Assembly (NCBI RefSeq): GCF_000172995.2 | Contig: NC_014729.1 | Span: 690,001-722,000, forward strand | Origin: Halogeometricum borinquense DSM 11551 | GTDB taxonomy: Archaea; Halobacteriota; Halobacteria; Halobacteriales; Haloferacaceae | Reading direction: 5' to 3' | DNA length: 32,000 nt | In this document: positions 25,992 to 32,000 of the stretch, in pieces | Layout: each line of letters opens with the position of its first letter | How positions within the stretch are numbered: position 1 is the first letter of the stretch | The notes under the pieces: generated by a model | Seen by the model: only the letters and a program-made list of their open reading frames with translations | Told to the model about the DNA's origin: nothing | The model's database searches: none | Translations under genes and position numbers: made by a program

Positions 25992-26822
25992 TTAGTTCCG
26001 TAGTTCCTTTTCACTGGCCAATCCATCCATGAACCTACGTCCTAAGTCAGATACCTCATACTGTTTGTACATATCCCGATCCAGCAGGCCCTTATTCAAC
26101 AACAATTCGCATCTTTTTTCTGTTAATTCTATGCTCTTTCCTACTTTTTTTGAAATTTGGTCAACCCTCTGTGCCTGATCTTCTTGTTGAACTGCTTCAA
26201 TAATTCTATAATCAATAACCTCCATCCATGGTATTTTCGTATGGGACCGAAGTGGACTGAGTCTATATAATCTGAGAAAATAGTGGGCGGTATGACGTTT
26301 CCCCTCAGTAGCTAAATATTTAAAATCTGGAAGTATTGTTGAGATATACGGGATAGATTGGTAAACTAGTGTGAGTACCAGAATCAATATTATGGAAGAA
26401 ATCAAATACGATTTACCTCCTCCGTAATATCCAGTTATCACTCCGGAGGCTAATCCTATGAACAATAGCAGTGTAGTAAGTGTAGAGAAGAATAGACTAG
26501 CATCTGTGAGCCGAGAGAAAGAGGATATCTCTCTGGCGTTGTAATCGGACCAGCCCGAATCTGCTCCTTTCGGCTTCTTGTGTGTCTGAGATACTAGAAC
26601 TAGAGTGACCGAGAATATCCACAGCAATCCACCAATAATTGTTGCATAAGAATTGACTGCATTAGAGACCGAGACTGACTTAATGTTCGAATTTGAAACG
26701 ACTGCAAGGGCAGTAAGAAAGGCAGAAATCTGGATTACGTTATATTTTTGAATACTGTCTAATCGGTCCATCAAATGCTCATACCGAGGGTCAACGGAGG
26801 TTTGATCCTCGTCACTTCCCAT
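25992..26822 (-). CDS. Membrane-anchored winged-helix protein (N-terminal multi-TM region plus C-terminal wHTH)
   Basis: 276 aa, low GC. There are about four hydrophobic helices (e.g. IIGGLLWIFSVTLVLV, SSIILILVLTLVY). The C-terminus reads VIDYRIIEAVQQEDQAQRVDQISKKVGKSIELTEKRCELLLNKGLLDR, which is MarR/wHTH-like. Confidence 0.7.
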   Translation of the reverse strand: MGSDEDQTSVDPRYEHLMDRLDSIQKYNVIQISAFLTALAVVSNSNIKSVSVSNAVNSYATIIGGLLWIFSVTLVLVSQTHKKPKGADSGWSDYNAREISSFSRLTDASLFFSTLTTLLLFIGLASGVITGYYGGGKSYLISSIILILVLTLVYQSIPYISTILPDFKYLATEGKRHTAHYFLRLYRLSPLRSHTKIPWMEVIDYRIIEAVQQEDQAQRVDQISKKVGKSIELTEKRCELLLNKGLLDRDMYKQYEVSDLGRRFMDGLASEKELRN

Positions 26823-26947
26823 AGAAAATAAATTCTGTAGTATTTTATATATGCTGTGATCATTTCTCCTATGAAACGGAAACTAAAATATCACCTCCGC
26901 AGAAACCTCCAGAATTAAGTCATTCTCAGTACAGTTTTTGATTGGGA

Positions 26948-27745
26948 ATGGCGACTCCAACGACTATTCCGATCAGCGTACTTTCTATCCTCTTGCTCCT
27001 AGCTCCGGGATTGGTAGGTCTTCAAATATTTTTCAAATATGCTCAGAGGAGACCTTCCCCATCACGTACTAAGTGGGTTGCTTGGAGCGCTCTCACCAGT
27101 TTAATTTCGCTTGTATTGCTCTATTTATTCTCGGGATTTTATTTACTGAACCTAAGAAGGATTGCCAGTAGTCTGAGTGGATTTCTTGGTATAATTTCTA
27201 TCAATGGTATTGAACTATCTGCCACAAGTGCTTTATTCTTGTACCTATCCCATATATTTGTTATATTCGTTGGATCATCTCTTCTTGGGTTGTTTGATCG
27301 AAATATTCTAAACAAAGACGAAATTCTTGATCCACGTGAGCCATGGGAATACGCATTTGATGAAATTCCGGTAGATGGTGAAGAATTAGATATCTATCTT
27401 CAAGATGGTGTTCAACTACGAGGAGAGTTCAATGAGAGAGCGTGGGATAGCTCCAAACGCGAATTATTCCTTGAAAATCCGTATAAAGTTGAATCAGATG
27501 GCAAGGGTGGACAATCTCTATCGGATTTGGGTAGAAGCATTTTAATTCAATCTAAGGCAGTTTCGCATATTGTGTTTGCTACTGAAGATCCCGACCAGAA
27601 ACGAATAGAATCTATTGAGGTCACTTCTGAAACAGCAGGAGAAATAGAAAACCTGATTAACGAAGTATTGACCCCTGACGTTACTGGCTATGAAGATCAA
27701 GAAAAGAGAGACAACAAGCAGGATGACGAAGAGGATGCGGATTAA
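26948..27745 (+). CDS. Hypothetical membrane protein with a soluble acidic C-terminal domain
   Basis: Low GC. ATG at 26948 (the track uses TTG at 26942). The N-terminal helices read ISVLSILLLLAPGLVGLQIFF, ALTSLISLVLLYLFSGFYLL and ALFLYLSHIFVIFVGSSLLGLF. The tail reads QEKRDNKQDDEEDAD. Confidence 0.7.
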   Translation: MATPTTIPISVLSILLLLAPGLVGLQIFFKYAQRRPSPSRTKWVAWSALTSLISLVLLYLFSGFYLLNLRRIASSLSGFLGIISINGIELSATSALFLYLSHIFVIFVGSSLLGLFDRNILNKDEILDPREPWEYAFDEIPVDGEELDIYLQDGVQLRGEFNERAWDSSKRELFLENPYKVESDGKGGQSLSDLGRSILIQSKAVSHIVFATEDPDQKRIESIEVTSETAGEIENLINEVLTPDVTGYEDQEKRDNKQDDEEDAD

Positions 27746-27746
27746 T

Positions 27747-28202
27747 TCAAATTTTGTCCACTATATCTAATTCACTTTTTTCGGTATAGTCTGGATATTT
27801 CTGATATACATACCGTAATAATCTATCCAAAGGGGTATCTTGATATCTCTTTTTTATACTCTCTGCAGCTTTGAGCACGTGGTCAACATCTCTGTTCTCA
27901 TCGTTTATGAGGGACTTGACCACTCTTCTCCCCTCATCAGTTAGTGAATAGATGTATTTCTCATTACCCGATACAGTAGTTTCAGTACGTCTTTCTATGA
28001 TTCCCTTATTCTCTAATGTCTTGATTGAACCAGCTAATGACGGTGAAAATGGTCCGTATTTGTCAGACTTAAATTCGTGTAGCTCAGAGATGTCTTTTTC
28101 TTTTTGAGTTAAAAATGCCAGCTTTTGAAAACGAGTAGCTCCCTCTATCTCCGCGTTATTATTTACATACATCAATGCCAGAGGGAGTAAGACATCAGCC
28201 AT
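27747..28202 (-). CDS. YwgA-like / Panacea(DUF4065)-like protein with a wHTH
   Basis: From the ATG at 28202: MADVLLPLALMYV...GATRFQKLAFLTQKEKDISELHEFKSDKYGPFSPSLAGSIKTLENKGIIERRTE...GNEKYIYSLTDEGRRVV. The K-x-Q-K-hydrophobic ... Y-G-P-(F/Y)-S pattern followed by a PadR-like wing matches my recollection of Bacillus YwgA-type proteins. Confidence 0.7.
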   Translation of the reverse strand: MADVLLPLALMYVNNNAEIEGATRFQKLAFLTQKEKDISELHEFKSDKYGPFSPSLAGSIKTLENKGIIERRTETTVSGNEKYIYSLTDEGRRVVKSLINDENRDVDHVLKAAESIKKRYQDTPLDRLLRYVYQKYPDYTEKSELDIVDKI

Positions 28203-28428
28203 TGTTTCTGATCTCTTGCTTCTTCTTATATAATATACTCCAACCCAGAGTCCTAAGAGTGTTGCTGTATCTCGATTCTTCGGATACACCTTCTGTCTGA
28301 GAAGCTCAGAACCACTTCCACCGAACCTTCACTCCGAATCCACGAATCGGATTTACTACAACCCAGACCTTCAGTCACCAGTACAATGCGTTCGAGCTAC
28401 CGGCACGCCAGGTCAGGGGGAGCCTGAA

Positions 28429-28629
28429 GTGGCGGAAGACGACGATACCGTACAGATAGATCGTTCGAACTTCCTCGAAAGAACGCGCCACACGTGCCCG
28501 AACGGGCATTCCGACTGGGATCCAACGAACTCACACGTCTGGTGTCGGACCTGCCAACGAATCAACGAGGGCGGGTGCGGTGAGATCGACCCGGACAAAC
28601 ACAAAAACGATTCACTGAATCCCGACCGC
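28429..28629 (+). CDS. Possible small Zn-finger protein (extent uncertain)
   Basis: MAEDDDTVQIDRSNFLERTRHTCPNGHSDWDPTNSHVWCRTCQRINEGGCGE shows a CxxxH...CxxC pattern. The open frame continues to 28893, antisense to the 3' end of the PRTase-HAD gene, so only the intergenic part is listed. Confidence 0.3.
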
Positions 28630-29625
28630 TCACCGCCCCCATCGACTGTACGACAACCGGCTCAGCGTGTAGTAGCCCTCGCTGAGGATGTACTTACTCG
28701 CTTTCAGCGAGAACGAAATCGGGTTGTCGCTGAGACGAGAGAGGTATTCACCGCTCTTGTCGTACACGCGGTCGAGATGACCCGGATTAAGCATCTGGTT
28801 TGCGCCGTAGCAGTGGACGGGCTTTTTCGAGCGCTCGCAAATCTCCGTGGCTTGCCGCATCGAGCTTTCGATGAACAGATCCGCGCCAGTTGAGCAGTAC
28901 ACATCCGCCTTGTACTCGGCGTGGTTGCCGTCCCGCTGCCGGATCTCTTTCGACGGGAGATCCATCATGACCAAGTTGTCGTACTCGATGCCGTGCCTGT
29001 CGAGCCATGCTTCGGTCTCGTCGCGGTACTTTTCCAGCCGGCACGTCACCAGCCAGCCGATGGTTTGGGTGGGGACGACCCGCGGTTCGACCGTCGTGAG
29101 AAACTCCCGGTAGCGCCGTCCGTCGTCGTTTTCCTCGCGCGTTGGGTCGCGGCAGAGGACGCCGTCGATATCGACGCAGAAGTTCTTGAGCATCGGGTGG
29201 TGCATCATGTTCCACTCGAACACGCGCGGTTTGCTGACGACATCTACCCAGTGGTCAACGTGCTTGTGCCCCTGCGAGGAGATGTACATCGCGCCGTACT
29301 CGATATCGAACGGGAAATCGTGTTCTGCGAGTTGGCGTTTCGTCTCCTGCATCTGACGCCCGGTATCGACGGAATCATCGACGACCAACACCGTCTCTAC
29401 GTCCTCGAACGAATCGACTCCGTCGTATCGACGCCCCGTCTGTAGGAGGCGTCCCTCACATAACCCCTCGATGTCGGTCATCGGCACATCGAGGTTCAAA
29501 CAAAGCAGATTCGCGGCGAGGAGTCCGCTTCTCGGGATGCCGGCGACCAGGTCGATACGGGTGGGGAGTTCCCGAGCCAGTTGGCGGGCACTACTGTTCA
29601 GCTGAGATATACTTCTGTGGTTCAC
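28630..29625 (-). CDS. Phosphoribosyltransferase (type I PRTase) fused to a HAD-superfamily phosphatase/nucleotidase-like domain
   Basis: 331 aa with a GTG start. The N-terminal part contains DLVAGIPRSGLLAANLL...ETVLVVDDSVDTGRQMQ, a PRPP-binding loop. The C-terminal part contains FCVDIDGVLCRD (HAD motif I, DxDxV), LVTCR, YKADVY and FIESS. Confidence 0.85.
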   Translation of the reverse strand: MNHRSISQLNSSARQLARELPTRIDLVAGIPRSGLLAANLLCLNLDVPMTDIEGLCEGRLLQTGRRYDGVDSFEDVETVLVVDDSVDTGRQMQETKRQLAEHDFPFDIEYGAMYISSQGHKHVDHWVDVVSKPRVFEWNMMHHPMLKNFCVDIDGVLCRDPTREENDDGRRYREFLTTVEPRVVPTQTIGWLVTCRLEKYRDETEAWLDRHGIEYDNLVMMDLPSKEIRQRDGNHAEYKADVYCSTGADLFIESSMRQATEICERSKKPVHCYGANQMLNPGHLDRVYDKSGEYLSRLSDNPISFSLKASKYILSEGYYTLSRLSYSRWGR

Positions 29626-29859
29626 TATAGCTTGTTCACATTTTGTGAGCGTATTACTCTAGCTACGATAACGCAGTTTAAGAGGCTCAATATCCTGTTT
29701 AGGGGGAACAAAATGTACTGTTCCACAGTGAAAGTGCTGAAACAGTCCCCGATTTTAATGTTGTCAGAAATACATAATTGTCTCTTGTTCACACACATCA
29801 ATTTTACTCGATTCCGTATCACAGTACTATTATATCCGCTAGCGTCGTACGATGCTTCG

Positions 29860-29988
29860 ATGCCCGAAATAAGCGTCTCAGATACCCTGTACCGCCAACT
29901 CGTCTCCGTCTCAGAGGGCGATGATTTGGACGAGACGATGTGGAAGATGGTGGCCCACTACGGTCGCGGCAACCAACCGGGTGACTGA
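29860..29988 (+). CDS. Possible small protein (42 aa)
   Basis: MPEISVSDTLYRQLVSVSEGDDLDETMWKMVAHYGRGNQPGD. Host-like GC resumes exactly at this ATG, after an AT-rich spacer. No family recognised. Confidence 0.3.
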   Translation: MPEISVSDTLYRQLVSVSEGDDLDETMWKMVAHYGRGNQPGD

Positions 29989-30111
29989 ATCCGCTGTAGG
30001 CGTTTCCGCACGACGATTTCTGCGACTCTCTTTTGGCACGTGGCCGTCGTTTCCAGCGGTGCCTCCGGCACGACGCGGAAATTATTTTTCTCGCGCAGTG
30101 ACAGTTAGAGC

Positions 30112-31047
30112 GTGGCTTCCTCCATCCCCTTCACCGACCGCATCGCAGACGGATGGCGACGCTCCGCCGACGCCCTCTGGTTGGTATTCGTCCCCGTCGT
30201 TACCGCCCTGTTCTCCGTAGACAAGATACTCCGTATTACCTTGATAAACCGGTTTCACGTCGGATTCAAGTTCCTCAACCTTCCTTCTCCGATAGAGTCC
30301 GTCTGGCGTTTCGTCAACGTCCCCCAATCCGGTGTTCACATCGATTCAGGACCTGCGATTCCCATTCTCGCTGTCTTGGTTCTCGTGACGATGTTTCTCC
30401 TCGGCGGCTACCTCGGCAGTATCCGCCGGTTGCTCGACGCCGACGAGGACCAGTTTGACTTCACTCACGACGCCTTCGCCTACCTCGGCCCGATGGCCGT
30501 CTGGGCCGCTGTGCCGTCGTTAGTGACCGTTAGCGTCGCAATGCTTGCGGGCGGGTTCGGTACCGTTGAGGGGAATACGCTCCTCCCATTGGTGTTTGTC
30601 ATCATCGCCGGCGCGCTCGTCTTCGGCTATCTGTTTTACGCCGCGCCGTTCCTCGTCGTGCTCCGCGAGACCGGCCTCGTCGACGCACTTCGCGGCAGTT
30701 ACCACCTTGCCGTCTCCGGCGGTCCGTACGCCTCGTACGCGCTGGGATACGTCTTTTTCTCGTTCGTCGTCTCCGGAGCTCTGTCGCTTATCGTCGTCAA
30801 TCTCGGTATTGTCGGTCTCCTCGTCGGCATCCCGCTTGGCGGCCGTCTCGGTCTCGCTACGACGACGGCGACGATGCGGTTCGTCGCCGACGTGGACGAT
30901 CAGTCACCGACGCTCTGTGAGTGGGACGATGGCGGTGATGATCCGTTCCAACAGAACGCCGGCGAGCAGGCATCGAACGCCTATGGGAAAGCATCGAACG
31001 CTGACGACCGATTAGGGGACGAGTTCGACCGCGACGGAACGCGCTGA
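30112..31047 (+). CDS. Hypothetical polytopic membrane protein
   Basis: 311 aa with a GTG start. It has several hydrophobic helices (AIPILAVLVLVTMFLLGGYLG, LLPLVFVIIAGALVFGYLFYAAPFLVV, FFSFVVSGALSLIVVNLGIVGLLVGIPLGG) and an acidic tail. Confidence 0.72.
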   Translation: MASSIPFTDRIADGWRRSADALWLVFVPVVTALFSVDKILRITLINRFHVGFKFLNLPSPIESVWRFVNVPQSGVHIDSGPAIPILAVLVLVTMFLLGGYLGSIRRLLDADEDQFDFTHDAFAYLGPMAVWAAVPSLVTVSVAMLAGGFGTVEGNTLLPLVFVIIAGALVFGYLFYAAPFLVVLRETGLVDALRGSYHLAVSGGPYASYALGYVFFSFVVSGALSLIVVNLGIVGLLVGIPLGGRLGLATTTATMRFVADVDDQSPTLCEWDDGGDDPFQQNAGEQASNAYGKASNADDRLGDEFDRDGTR

Positions 31048-31091
31048 AGTCACATTCGCCGTCTCACGGGTCGATAGGGGATGAGCGACGC

Positions 31092-32000
31092 TCAGATCTC
31101 GCCCAGTTGCTCTTTTTTCCGCATCAAGTAGAGGAAGTACGGCCCGCCGACGAGTCCACTGATGATCCCGACCGGGAGTTGCACCGGACTTAGCGCGAGT
31201 CGAGCGCCAACATCCGCGCCGACCAAGAGTGCGGGCCCGACGAAAAGACAACCGATCAGCAGGCGCTTGGAGTTGCTTCCGACGATGTTTCGAACCATGT
31301 GCGGAACGATGAGTCCGACGAAGCCGATGAGTCCCGCGACCGCGATGGCGGCGGCCGTCGAGAGGATGGCGATGGCGGCGACGAAGAACCGAACTCGCTC
31401 GACGGGCATGCCGAGCGACTTCGCCGTTTCCTCGCCTAACAGCAGCACGTCCAACTGCCGCGTGACTAACAGCGCGAGGAGAACTGCAAGAACGGTGAAC
31501 GGAAGCGCGATACGAATCTGCTCCCAGTCGGTCCCGAGAAGCGACCCCGAAAGCCACATTTGGGCGGACATGGCGACGCCGAGGTTGTCGATGAAGAAAA
31601 ACAGCGCGCGCTGGAGTGACCCGAACACGGTCCCGACGATGACGCCCGCGAGGACGAGACGGACCGGATTCGTTCCGTCTTTCCACGCGATAATGTAGAC
31701 GAGCAAGAACGCGCCTGCGCCACCGAGTGCCGCGAGAATCGGCAGAAACGGGAGTAGACCGGTGAACGTCGTCAGAGCGAGCAGCACGACCAATCCCGCA
31801 CCGTCGCTCACGCCCAAGATGTACGGGCTGGCGAGTTCGTTCTGCGTGACGACCTGAAAGATTGCGCCGGAAACCGCGAGATTTGCCCCGACGAGGATAC
31901 CGACGAGAATTCGCGGGAGGCGGATGTTCCAGACGATGAGTTGCTGGCGCGACAGCCACGCCGGAATGTCGTCACCGAAAAGAAACGCCCGCCAGACGGC
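31092..32000 (-). CDS. ABC transporter permease, FecCD/BtuC family (iron-siderophore/cobalamin type); 5' end beyond the right window edge
   Basis: The C-terminus reads ...LPVGIISGLVGGPYFLYLMRKKEQLGEI. Reading upstream of the track Met continues in frame as ...RLPRILVGILVGANLAVSGAIFQVVTQNELASPYILGVSDGAGL, typical of FecCD. The frame is open to base 32000. Confidence 0.9.
   Translation of the reverse strand, partial: AVWRAFLFGDDIPAWLSRQQLIVWNIRLPRILVGILVGANLAVSGAIFQVVTQNELASPYILGVSDGAGLVVLLALTTFTGLLPFLPILAALGGAGAFLLVYIIAWKDGTNPVRLVLAGVIVGTVFGSLQRALFFFIDNLGVAMSAQMWLSGSLLGTDWEQIRIALPFTVLAVLLALLVTRQLDVLLLGEETAKSLGMPVERVRFFVAAIAILSTAAAIAVAGLIGFVGLIVPHMVRNIVGSNSKRLLIGCLFVGPALLVGADVGARLALSPVQLPVGIISGLVGGPYFLYLMRKKEQLGEI

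Noticed and set aside
31012-31959. 315-aa Arg-rich ORF in an alternative minus frame over the FecCD permease
   Set aside because: Extreme Arg/His content and no hydrophobic pattern. The other minus frame gives a canonical FecCD permease.

Overview
High-GC sequence encoding acidic proteins, so most likely a haloarchaeal (Halobacteria) chromosome. The left ~18.8 kb is mostly ordinary housekeeping: pdxS, a universal stress protein, thrB, a TetR-MATE efflux pair, oxidoreductases, an HtrA-like protease, mptA, a TrmB regulator, a DUF255 thioredoxin-domain protein and FxsA. A tRNA-Ile(GAU) sits at 18839-18912. It is followed by a ~11 kb compositionally mosaic accessory region (about 18.9-30 kb) with no recognisable integrase.

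The main finding is a compact minus-strand operon at 20799-24664. It has the architecture of a polymorphic toxin system:
- a 635-aa protein with a DUF4157 (HExxH) N-terminal module and a low-GC C-terminal tip carrying a PD-(D/E)xK-like signature;
- an overlapping putative immunity gene;
- a promoterless orphan toxin tip that begins exactly at the conserved junction motif HRMEHSDVHVQR, with 35 nt identical to the full-length gene;
- a second putative immunity gene.

A second paralogous DUF4157 toxin lies at the left window edge (1-1212, minus strand) and is missing from the supplied ORF track because it runs off the window. It has the same promoter architecture but a GH-E/HNH-like nuclease tip. 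No secretion or injection machinery is visible.

Other accessory items are a phosphoribosyltransferase-HAD fusion, a YwgA/Panacea-like wHTH protein, two low-GC membrane proteins, an HExxH membrane protein, a probably frameshifted membrane gene and a Zn-ribbon plus Hjc-like nuclease-fold pair. All family assignments come from reading motifs by eye; no searches were run.
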